From the NCBI GenBank assembly GCA_038213805.1, contig JBBQSO010000028.1, forward strand, positions 1-60,124: 60,124 bases of DNA. Direction: 5' to 3'. Source of the stretch: Planctomycetota bacterium. GTDB taxonomy: Bacteria > Planctomycetota > UBA11346. A model generated the notes under the pieces. It ran no database searches, was not told the DNA's origin, and saw only the letters and a program-made list of their open reading frames with translations. This document shows, piece after piece, positions 1-8,635 of the stretch. The first letter of the stretch is position 1, and each line of letters begins with the position of its first letter. The position numbers and the translations under genes are program-made.

Positions 1-63
1 CATCAGCCATCAGCCATCAGCCATCAGCCATCAGCCATCAGCCATCAGCCATCAGCCATCAGC
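1..63. repeat. Tandem heptamer array (CATCAGC)x9, truncated by the window edge
   Basis: Nine perfect copies read directly; the last copy contains the pepP stop codon (tca at 59-61). Confidence 0.97.
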
Positions 64-1267
64 CCCGCATCACCGCTTCCAACTCCTTCACCGTCTTCGG
101 GATGTCCTTCGTCAGTTCATCGCAGCCATCCGCGGTGATCAGCAGGTCGTCCTCGATGCGCACGCCGAAGCCTTCGTCCGGCAGGTAGATGCCGGGCTCG
201 TTCGAGATGACCATGCCGGCTTTGAGCGGCTGCGTGTAGTCTGCGGGATCGTGCACATCGAGGCCGATGTGGTGCCACAGGCCATGGTGGCGGATGAAGC
301 CAGCGTCGATGATCGGCTTCCAGGCGATGTCGTTGAGCTCCTCGCGGGTCAGGCCGGGGCGGGCATGGGCGCGACCCAGCGCGTTGCAGTGCAGCACCAG
401 CTCATAGACCTCTCGGAAGCGCTTGTCGCTGAAGCGGCCGTGCTGAGGCACGGTGCGGGTGACGTCGGCGCAGTAGCCGCCGGCGGTGGCGCCGGAATCG
501 ATGAGCAGCGGCGCACCCTTCACCAGCGGCTGGTCGTTGTACGGGTAATGCAGGGTCGCGCCGCCGACCGCCGAACCGACGATGGGCGGGAAGGCGAGCG
601 GGCCGTAAGCGGCCTTGCGGTAGTGCATGACCAGCTCGGATGCGACCTCGGCCTCGTTCTTGAGCTTGGGGATGCGCGGCAGGGTGGCGAGCAGGCCGCT
701 GCGCGTGATGGCGATGGCGCGGCGCAGCCAGGCGACCTCGTCGGCGTCCTTGAACATGCGCTGGTTGACGAGCGCGGGCTCGGCGTTGACCAGGGTGATG
801 CCCTTGAGCTTCTTCTTCCAGAATGCGAACTGTTCAGCCTGGAAGCCGGGTTCACGCTCGCGCGTGCACATCGCCAGGCGGTTGCCGGCGCGCTTGGCGG
901 CGGCGATCACGCGTTCCTCAAGGGTGTCGCGTGCGGCCACCGCGTGCACCCCGTGGGTGCGCCGCGCCTTGGCGTCGGGGCCGAGACGCGGGCCGTCCCA
1001 GATCACGCGTTTGGGATCGCCGGCGTCCAGGAACAGGGTGTCGCGCGGTTCTCGCGTGGGATCGACCAGCAGCGCCGCTTCGGGCTCCGCGCAGCCGCTG
1101 TAGTAGTCGAACCACTGGTCCTGGCGCACCGCGCGCAGACGTCCTTCGTCGCAGCCGATGAGCAGCAGCGGCAGCGGGCGGTCACTGAGGGCGCGCAGCA
1201 GCTTGGCGGCCCCGGCGCGGCGGCGGCGGTAGGTGGCGAGGGGCAGGGCGAGGCCGCGGATGATCAT
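59..1267 (-). CDS. pepP: Xaa-Pro aminopeptidase (M24B family)
   Basis: AMP_N-like N-terminus (RQDQWFDYYSG) and pita-bread metal motifs DSGA-GYCADVTRT, HHIGLDVHD, EPGIY, GVRIEDD. Start taken at MIIRG. Confidence 0.9.
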   Translation of the reverse strand: MIIRGLALPLATYRRRRAGAAKLLRALSDRPLPLLLIGCDEGRLRAVRQDQWFDYYSGCAEPEAALLVDPTREPRDTLFLDAGDPKRVIWDGPRLGPDAKARRTHGVHAVAARDTLEERVIAAAKRAGNRLAMCTREREPGFQAEQFAFWKKKLKGITLVNAEPALVNQRMFKDADEVAWLRRAIAITRSGLLATLPRIPKLKNEAEVASELVMHYRKAAYGPLAFPPIVGSAVGGATLHYPYNDQPLVKGAPLLIDSGATAGGYCADVTRTVPQHGRFSDKRFREVYELVLHCNALGRAHARPGLTREELNDIAWKPIIDAGFIRHHGLWHHIGLDVHDPADYTQPLKAGMVISNEPGIYLPDEGFGVRIEDDLLITADGCDELTKDIPKTVKELEAVMRG

Positions 1268-1806
1268 GGTGTGGTCGGTCTTGGCGTGACGTGTGGTGCG
1301 GTCGCAGGAAGCGGGAGGGGGATCGCGAGCGCGCGCGGATGGCGGTTCTCGCCGGAATGCGGGCGCCGTCTCTTCTGCCACCACGCTCGTGGCGGCCAGG
1401 GGGCCACCCGACGCGGTTCATGGGCATCGTCCAGCGTAATCCCCAGGCGCTGGCGACCCAAGCGCGAAATAGCAGCCCCCGCGCAGGCGTCAGGCGACAG
1501 CAATGGGCGATGAGTCGGCTGCCATCTGGTCGCCATTCTGGCACGGCTTCCCTGGGGCTCATGCCACGATCTCGTGCACCAGCGGCGGCTCCGGCAGCTG
1601 GGTGCGGGACTCGCGCGTGCTCGGGCCGATCGCGGTCGATTTCATGCGCTTACCGACCGTACACCATGGCCGTCCCAGCCTGGAACATGCGGCGACACGA
1701 TCTTATACGACGGAGTGCGCCACATGCGGGCAGGCCAGGCTCGTCCCGGCGATGGGGTCCGGAAGCGAATTGAACCGCGGCCGGCCAGGGCCATCATGCG
1801 CCGATC

Positions 1807-2562
1807 ATGAGCATTCTCACCGATCTTCTCGCCCTCGCCCACGCCCTGGGTGCCCCCGCCGCCGATGCTGCCATCCTTGGCGAAGGCAACATCTCGGCGC
1901 GCCACGACGCCGCGAGCTTCCACGTCAAGGGCAGCGGCTGCGCGCTCGGCACCATGAGCGCGGAGGATTTCGTGCAGGTGCGTTTCGCCGAGCTGCTGCC
2001 GCTGCTCGATGATCCCGGCGCCGATCTGGCGCGCGTCGGCGCCGCCTACGCCGCGGCCAAGGTCGATCCCGCCCAGCCGCGCCGGCCCTCGGTCGAGACC
2101 GTGTTGCACGCGGCGCTGCTGAACTACCCCACGGTCGCGGTGGTGGCGCACACCCACCCGACCGCGGTCAACAGCCTGACCTGCAGTCCGCGCTGGCGCG
2201 AACTGCTCGCGGGACGGCTGTTCCCGGACGAGGCGGTGGTGCTCGGCCGCGACTCGGTGTTTGTGGATTACGAGGATCCGGGCGTGGTGCTGGCGCGCGC
2301 CATCCGCAGCGGCGTCGACGCCTACCGGGCGCGCCACGGCGAGCTGCCGAAGGCGATCTACATGCAGAACCACGGCTTCATCGCCCTGGCCGCCACCCAC
2401 ACCGAGGCCGGCAACATCACCGCGATGGCGATCAAGGCCGCGCGCATCCGCCTTGGTGCCCTGGCCGCTGGTGGTCTCAACCTGCTGCCCGCCGCGGTCA
2501 TCGACCATCTGGTGGCGCGGCCGGACGAGCAGTTCCGCGCGCGCAGCCTGACCAGCCGCTGA
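1807..2562 (+). CDS. Class II aldolase/adducin-family protein (rhamnulose/fuculose-1-phosphate aldolase-like)
   Basis: GEGNISAR, PSVETVLH, HTHP and MQNHG motifs; adjacent to a rhamnulokinase. Confidence 0.85.
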   Translation: MSILTDLLALAHALGAPAADAAILGEGNISARHDAASFHVKGSGCALGTMSAEDFVQVRFAELLPLLDDPGADLARVGAAYAAAKVDPAQPRRPSVETVLHAALLNYPTVAVVAHTHPTAVNSLTCSPRWRELLAGRLFPDEAVVLGRDSVFVDYEDPGVVLARAIRSGVDAYRARHGELPKAIYMQNHGFIALAATHTEAGNITAMAIKAARIRLGALAAGGLNLLPAAVIDHLVARPDEQFRARSLTSR

Positions 2563-2614
2563 GTCTACCCGCCGTCCGCCGCCCTCTCATCGCCTGCGAC
2601 CCGTCGGAGCCTGC

Positions 2615-4099
2615 ATGCCGTCGCCCGTCCGCTTCATCGCCATCGATCTGGGCGCCGAATCCGGGCGCGTGATCGTCGCCACCCTGGCCGGTGGCCGCAT
2701 CGGCCTGGAGGTCATGCACCGCTTCGCCAACGGCCCGATCATGGTCGTTGACGCCGACGGCGAGAGTCTGCGCTGGGACCTGCCCGCGACCTTCCGCAAC
2801 ATCACCGACGGCCTGGGCAAGGCCTTCGCGAAGTACCGCGACATCGCCGGCATCGGTGTCGACACCTGGGGCGTGGACTACGGCCTGCTCGATGACGCCG
2901 ATCGGCTGGTGACGCTGCCCTTCAACTACCGCGACCGCCGCACCCAGGAGCCCTTCGCGCAGCTGCACGCGGACATCCCCGAAGCCGAGATGTTCGCGCG
3001 CACCGGCGTGCGGCCGATGGCGATCAACACCCTCTACCAGCTGGTCGCGCACCAGCGCCGCCGTCCGCAGGACCTGGAGCGCGCCGCCTGCCTGCTCACC
3101 ATCCCCGACCTGCTGCACTTCTGGCTGAGCGGCGAGAAGCGCAGCGAGTGGTCGATCGTCGGCAGCACCCAGCTCGCCCGCGCCGGCCTGCCCGAGTGGG
3201 ACATCGCGCTGCTCGCGCGCCTCGGCCTGCCGGCGCGGCTGTTCCAGCCCATCGCCCGGCCCGGCACGGTGCTCGGCCGGCTGCGCCCGGAGCTGTGCGC
3301 GCGCTTCCAGCTGCAGGCTGCGCCCGCCATCGTCCTGCCCGCGGCCCATGACACCGCCAGCGCGGTGGCGGCCTCGCCGGGCGACCCCGCCGGCACCGCC
3401 TACCTGAGCAGCGGCACGTGGTCGCTGGTCGGCCGCGTCGCGGCGGCGCCGCAGCTTGGCGCGGCCGTGCTCGCCGGCGGTATCAGCAACGAGATCGCGG
3501 CCGGCCTGGGCGGCGGCGGCGAGATCCGCCACAACGTCAACATCATGGGCCTGTGGCTGGTGCAGGAGTGCCGGCGCGGCTTCGCGCGCGCCGGCCGTGA
3601 GTACACCTATGGCGAGCTCGCCGACCTTGCCAACGCCGCCGGCCCGAGCGGGCTGGTGCTGGACGTCGACGATGCGCGCTTCCTGCCGCCCGGCGCCGGT
3701 GACGACACCATGAACGCGCGCATCGGTGCGTGGCTGCGCGAGCGTGGCCACGGGTCGCTGGCGGGCGATGGCGCGCTCATCCGCCTGGTTCTGGACGGCC
3801 TCGCCGCCGCCTACGCGCGCAGCGTGCGTGCGCTCGACGCGGGCGGCGGGCGTCCACTCGAGGCGGTACACGTCATCGGCGGCGGCGCGCAGAACCGTCT
3901 GCTCTGCCAGCTCACCGCCGACGCGTGCCGGCTGCCAGTGGTGGCGGGCCCGGTCGAGGCCACCGCGCTCGGCAACGTGCTCGCGCAGGCCTTCGGCCTG
4001 GGCCTGGTGCGCGATGCCGCCGCGGCGCGCGCGATCGTGGGAGCGTCGGTCGAGCTGACGACCTACCAGCCGGCGCGGGCGGCGGGCAAGGCGAGCTGA
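2615..4099 (+). CDS. rhaB: Rhamnulokinase-family FGGY sugar kinase
   Basis: IDLGAESGR, DTWGVDYGL, INTLYQL, HDTASAV, SSGTWSL, GGGAQN and GPVEATALGN motifs. Confidence 0.88.
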   Translation: MPSPVRFIAIDLGAESGRVIVATLAGGRIGLEVMHRFANGPIMVVDADGESLRWDLPATFRNITDGLGKAFAKYRDIAGIGVDTWGVDYGLLDDADRLVTLPFNYRDRRTQEPFAQLHADIPEAEMFARTGVRPMAINTLYQLVAHQRRRPQDLERAACLLTIPDLLHFWLSGEKRSEWSIVGSTQLARAGLPEWDIALLARLGLPARLFQPIARPGTVLGRLRPELCARFQLQAAPAIVLPAAHDTASAVAASPGDPAGTAYLSSGTWSLVGRVAAAPQLGAAVLAGGISNEIAAGLGGGGEIRHNVNIMGLWLVQECRRGFARAGREYTYGELADLANAAGPSGLVLDVDDARFLPPGAGDDTMNARIGAWLRERGHGSLAGDGALIRLVLDGLAAAYARSVRALDAGGGRPLEAVHVIGGGAQNRLLCQLTADACRLPVVAGPVEATALGNVLAQAFGLGLVRDAAAARAIVGASVELTTYQPARAAGKAS

Positions 4100-4196
4100 A
4101 AGCCGGAGGTTCTGGACGAAACGGTGCGGTGAAGCAGCGGCATGCCAACCATCTGCCGCGCGTTGCCCGCTCCCCATCCGCCAGCAGGCGCCCCGA

Positions 4197-4224
4197 TTGA
4201 CCCCCGTCCACCGCGGGCGACCAT
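4197..4224 (+). promoter_or_regulatory. Putative sigma70-type promoter of suhB (leaderless-type)
   Basis: TTGACC-16 nt-GACCAT, with the ATG 6 nt after the -10 and no Shine-Dalgarno. Confidence 0.5.
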
Positions 4225-4230
4225 GGCGAC

Positions 4231-5058
4231 ATGAACGGCATGCGCAGCTTCATCGTCGAGCTGGCCAAGAGCGGCGGCAAGATCGCCCGCGACCACTTCA
4301 ACACGGTGACCCAGAAGGACGTGCGCACCAAGGCCAGCCGCGACTACGTCAGTCATGTCGATGGCCTGGTCGAGGACGCCATCATCCGTCGCATCCGCGC
4401 GCATCATCCCGACCATCAGATCCTTGGCGAGGAGAGCGGCTCGGGCGGCCACGCGGTCGATGGCAAGCACCTGTGGATCATCGATCCCATCGATGGCACC
4501 ACCAACTTCATCCACGGCATCCCGGTGTGGGCGGTATCGATCGCCTTCTGCGACGAGCAGGGCCCGCACACCGGCGTGGTCTACGACCCGGTGCAGAACG
4601 AGGTCTTCCTCGCTGAACGCGGCATCGGCCTGTGGCTGAACCAGGAGCGCGCCCAGACCTCGGGCTGCACCGACCTTGGCCGCGCCCTGCTCGCCACCGC
4701 GCTGCCGTTCCGGCACCCCGAGGCGCTCAGCGATGCGCTGCGCGTGCTCGAGACGGTGCAGCGCGGCTGCGACGACCACCGCCGCGGCGGCTCCGCCGCG
4801 CTTGACCTCGCCTACACCGCGGTCGGCCGCCTGGACGGCTTCTACGAACTCGGCATCCACCCCTGGGACACCGCCGCAGGCGAGTTGCTGGTGCGCTGCG
4901 GGGGCGGCGCGGCGAGCGACTACCGCGGCGGCACGGCCAAGCTGACCGAGCGCCGCTCGATCGTCGCCGGCGCCACTCCGGCGCTGCACGAGGCCCTGCT
5001 CGCCCAGGTCGCGCCGCTGCGTCCGTGGTTGGAGCGCGCGCCATTCCTACCCGGTTGA
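4231..5058 (+). CDS. suhB: Inositol monophosphatase family protein
   Basis: ILGEE, WIIDPIDGTTNF, RRGGSAALDL and PWDTAAG motifs. Confidence 0.92.
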   Translation: MNGMRSFIVELAKSGGKIARDHFNTVTQKDVRTKASRDYVSHVDGLVEDAIIRRIRAHHPDHQILGEESGSGGHAVDGKHLWIIDPIDGTTNFIHGIPVWAVSIAFCDEQGPHTGVVYDPVQNEVFLAERGIGLWLNQERAQTSGCTDLGRALLATALPFRHPEALSDALRVLETVQRGCDDHRRGGSAALDLAYTAVGRLDGFYELGIHPWDTAAGELLVRCGGGAASDYRGGTAKLTERRSIVAGATPALHEALLAQVAPLRPWLERAPFLPG

Positions 5059-5062
5059 GGCG

Positions 5063-5770
5063 ATGCTGATCCTGCCCACCTCCCTGGATCCGCCGGCCAG
5101 TCGCCCCTGGCCGGGGCGCACGGCGGTGGTGACCTGGTCATTGTGCGGAGCCCTCGTCGCCCTGCACCTGCTGCTGCGTTTGGCCGGGGGCGGGCGCGGC
5201 CTGTTTGGCGAAGAGGCGCTGCGCGTCGCCACCTACACCTCGGCCTCGTGGAGCCTGTACACCGACCCTGAGCTGTTCGAGCCCTGGCAGCTGATGTCGT
5301 ACACGCTGCTGCACGAAAGCTGGCTGCACCTGGTGGTGAACGTGCTGCTGATCGCGGTGCTCGGGCGTGCAGTCGAACGCTGGGTCGGTCCGCTGGCCTG
5401 CGCTGGCGCGATGCTGACCCTGACGTGTCTGGCGGCGGTGGTGATCCTGCTCGCCGGCGTGCTCGCGCACGGCCATGGCGTGGTGGTCGGCGCCAACGGC
5501 CTGGTGATGGGCCTGATCGGCATGGTCGCCACGCTCTTCCCGGGCAGCCGGGTACGCTGGGGCCTTGCCTACTACCTGGTGCTGGTGGTCGGTTACCTGC
5601 CGCTGTTCCGCATCTCGGCCCGCACCCTGGCGCTGGGCTACGCACTGTTCGAGGTGGCGCAGGCCTGGGCGACGCACCGCCCGCTGACGCTGGGCGCCGA
5701 CCTCGGCGCGCTGGCCGCCGGCATGGCGCTGGGCGTCGCTGGGCGCCAGCGCGGGCTGACCGCGGCTTGA
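5063..5770 (+). CDS. Rhomboid-family membrane protein, predicted catalytically inactive
   Basis: WQLMSYTLLHESWLHLVVN...GRAVERWVG matches the rhomboid L1/TM2 signature, but GxSG reads GANG and the TM6 AHLGG reads ADLGA. Confidence 0.8.
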   Translation: MLILPTSLDPPASRPWPGRTAVVTWSLCGALVALHLLLRLAGGGRGLFGEEALRVATYTSASWSLYTDPELFEPWQLMSYTLLHESWLHLVVNVLLIAVLGRAVERWVGPLACAGAMLTLTCLAAVVILLAGVLAHGHGVVVGANGLVMGLIGMVATLFPGSRVRWGLAYYLVLVVGYLPLFRISARTLALGYALFEVAQAWATHRPLTLGADLGALAAGMALGVAGRQRGLTAA

Positions 5771-5872
5771 ACGGTCGCAGGAAGAAGATGGCACCAGGGA
5801 CCCGCGGTTGCGCCGCGCCATCGCGGCCCACGATGCCGCCCGCCGCGTCCTGCGGCGCGCGAAAGGGACCGC

Positions 5873-7165
5873 ATGGCCACGATCGATCTGCAACCGGTGA
5901 AGGGCGTCCGCGACTTTCACCCCGAGGACATGCGCGTGCGCACCTGGCTGTTCGGCCTGTGGCGCGAGGTGGCGCGGCGCTACGGCTTCGAAGAATACGA
6001 CGCCTGCGTGCTCGAGAGCGAGGAGCTCTACACCCGCAAGGCCGGCGACGAGATCACCAAGCAGCTCTACAACTTCGCCACCAAGGGCGAGGACCGCGTC
6101 GCGCTGCGGCCAGAGATGACGCCGTCGCTGGCGCGCCTGGTGCTGGGCAAGGGTGCGGCCCTGGCCCTGCCGGCGCGCTGGTTCGCCATCCCGCAGTGTT
6201 TCCGCTACGAGAACATGCAGCGCGGCCGCAAGCGCGAGCACTTCCAGTGGAACATGGACATCATCGGCCTGGCCAGTGTCGCCGCCGAGGCCGAGTTGAT
6301 GGCCGCGCAGGTCGACTTCCTGCGCCTCGCCGGACTCGACGTCGGCACCGCCAAGCCCGATGTGGTGCTGCGCGTTTCGAATCGCCAGGTCATCCAGCAC
6401 TTCCTCGCAGGTCTCGGCATCGAGGGCGACTCATTCGCCGCGGTGTGCGTGATCATCGACAAGCGCGACAAGATCGGCGACGAGGCGACCGCGGTCGAGC
6501 TCGCCAAGCTCGGCCTGACGGCGGAGAGCAGCGCGGCGATCATCAGCCTGCTCGACACCACCGGCCTCGACCAGGTCGCGGCGAAGGTGCCGGCCGACAA
6601 TCCCGGCCTGCTCGCGCTGCGCGAGCTGCTGGCGCTGGCCGAGGCCAGCGGCATCGCCCACCTGGTCAAGATCGACCTGTCGGTGATCCGCGGCCTGTCC
6701 TACTACACCGGCACGGTGTGGGAGCTGTTCGACGCGTCCGGCAGCCTGCCGCGCGCGATCGCCGGCGGCGGCCGCTACGACAAGCTGATGGAGACCTTCG
6801 GCGGGCCGCCCACACCGATGGTCGGTTTCGGCTTCGGTGACGTGGTGATTGTCGAGATCCTCAAGGAGCGCGGCCTGCTGCCGACGCCGCCGCGCGGCAT
6901 CGACGACGTGGTCTTCCCGATGTCGGCTGCGGAATTCCCCATCGCCAACCGCGTCGCCGCCTCGTTGCGCGCCCAGGGTCGCAGCGTCGCCGTCGACTAC
7001 AGCGCGCGGCGCTTCAAGAACGTCATCGGCCGCGCCGAGGCGGACGGTGCCAAGCGCCTGCTCATCCTCGGCGGCAACGAGGTCAAGGACGGCGTGGTGG
7101 TGGTGCGCACCCTCGGCCCCGAAAAGGTCGAGGAGAAGGTGCCCCTGGCGACGTTCGGCGCGTGA
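5873..7165 (+). CDS. hisS: Histidine--tRNA ligase
   Basis: KGVRDF, LRPEMTPSLAR, FRYENMQRGRKREHFQ, RGLSYYTG and GGGRYD motifs; C-terminal anticodon-binding domain. Confidence 0.96.
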   Translation: MATIDLQPVKGVRDFHPEDMRVRTWLFGLWREVARRYGFEEYDACVLESEELYTRKAGDEITKQLYNFATKGEDRVALRPEMTPSLARLVLGKGAALALPARWFAIPQCFRYENMQRGRKREHFQWNMDIIGLASVAAEAELMAAQVDFLRLAGLDVGTAKPDVVLRVSNRQVIQHFLAGLGIEGDSFAAVCVIIDKRDKIGDEATAVELAKLGLTAESSAAIISLLDTTGLDQVAAKVPADNPGLLALRELLALAEASGIAHLVKIDLSVIRGLSYYTGTVWELFDASGSLPRAIAGGGRYDKLMETFGGPPTPMVGFGFGDVVIVEILKERGLLPTPPRGIDDVVFPMSAAEFPIANRVAASLRAQGRSVAVDYSARRFKNVIGRAEADGAKRLLILGGNEVKDGVVVVRTLGPEKVEEKVPLATFGA

Positions 7166-7218
7166 AGCGAGCTCTGGCGCGGGCGGCCACCGCCGACCAC
7201 GCAGGGCAGGTTCCGCTT

Positions 7219-7716
7219 CTAGTGCGCGGCCGGTGTGGTGGCGGCCTCAGGGCCGTCCACCACCTGCGCCGCCCCCTGCGACGCCTTGCCGGTGCCATCC
7301 TCGCTGCCCTGCAGAGAGGCGACGAACACCGCCAGGGCGTGGATCTGCGCGGGCTTGAATCCGAAGCGCCAGGCGACCATGCCCTTGGAGGGGCGGCCGT
7401 TGCCGATGACCTCGACCAGGTCGGTAAGCTGCGCGCCGCCCAGCCAATAGCCGTCGCGCAGGTTGGGTCCCGTGTTGCCCTGGCCCTGCACGCCGTGGCA
7501 GAGCGTGCAGTTGGCGGCGAACAGGCGGCGGCCCTCGGCCACCACCGTGGGATCGGCGCGCAGCGCCCGCAGCTCGGCGGTGGTGATGGGGTCGCGCGGT
7601 CCGGGGGGATCGATTGCGGGCGGGGCGAGCAGCAGCCAGGCGCCTCCCACGAGCGTCCCCACTGCGATCGCAGTGGCGAAGATGACCAGCGGCAGCGGGA
7701 ATCTGGGCGCACTCAT
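7219..7716 (-). CDS. Membrane-anchored monoheme c-type cytochrome (cbb3 subunit III/CcoP-like domain)
   Basis: N-terminal TM helix, CTLCH heme motif, GPNLRDGYWLGG and KGMVAW (axial Met). Confidence 0.85.
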   Translation of the reverse strand: MSAPRFPLPLVIFATAIAVGTLVGGAWLLLAPPAIDPPGPRDPITTAELRALRADPTVVAEGRRLFAANCTLCHGVQGQGNTGPNLRDGYWLGGAQLTDLVEVIGNGRPSKGMVAWRFGFKPAQIHALAVFVASLQGSEDGTGKASQGAAQVVDGPEAATTPAAH

Positions 7717-7982
7717 CGCACGCGATTGAAGGGCTGCAGTCGCGGGCGCAAGCCTCCGCCGCAGTGCCGCTCCAGAGCCGAGTACAACCTGGTTCCAGGC
7801 ATGCGGCGACCCTGGCATCGCCGTGTCGCGTTCAGTTACCGTCCTCAGTGCGGGGATACCGCCGGCTGCGCCGGCCTTGCCTCGCGGGATTCCGCCGCAA
7901 GGTGGGTCGCCGCCGGACCCCGGCCAGCACCACCGCGCACGGCGGTGCAGTCCCGGACCCCACCTGCCCAGCCGAGGCGCCC

Positions 7983-8483
7983 ATGGTTATCGCGAAGAAC
8001 GCGGTCGTTTCCTTCACCTATCACGTCGCCACCGCCGAGGGCGAGGAGGTCGATCGCAGTGAGGCGGGCCATCCGCTGGTCTACCTCCACGGCCACGGCC
8101 AGATCATCTCCGGGCTTGAGGCGGCACTGATCGGCCACAAGGCCGGTGACAAGGTCAAGGCGACCATCGAGCCCGCGCAGGCCTACGGCGCGCATGAGCC
8201 CGAGCTCGATATGCAGGTTCCGGTCGAGGTCTTCCCCGAGGCGGCACGCGCCCAGGTGAAGCCCGGCTTCCGCTTCAAGGCCGAGCATCCGACCCTGCAG
8301 GGCAGCGAGGTGGTCTTCACCGTGCACCAGGTCAAGGAAGGCCAGGCCTACGTCAGCGGCAACCATCCGCTTGCCGGCAAGACCCTGAAGTTCAACGTCG
8401 AGATCATCGAGGTCCGCCAGGCCACCGCCGATGAGCTCTCGCATGGCCACGCCCATGGCCCCGGTGGCCACCACCACCACTAA
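7983..8483 (+). CDS. slyD: FKBP-type peptidyl-prolyl isomerase
   Basis: PLVYLHGHGQIISGLE, AYG, NHPLAGKTLKF and a His-rich C-terminal tail. Confidence 0.95.
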   Translation: MVIAKNAVVSFTYHVATAEGEEVDRSEAGHPLVYLHGHGQIISGLEAALIGHKAGDKVKATIEPAQAYGAHEPELDMQVPVEVFPEAARAQVKPGFRFKAEHPTLQGSEVVFTVHQVKEGQAYVSGNHPLAGKTLKFNVEIIEVRQATADELSHGHAHGPGGHHHH

Positions 8484-8635
8484 CCCTCGGATTCCGGGCT
8501 TCGGAGGGGGGTTTCTACCGCCACGACGCCAAGGGCACGGCTCACCAGGTGGCGTCTTCTCGGTTAAGACCCCCGGGAGTCCGCAACGTCACGCCGTCTG
8601 GTATTAGCGTCCCTCCGGCCTAGAGTCGCCCGGGC

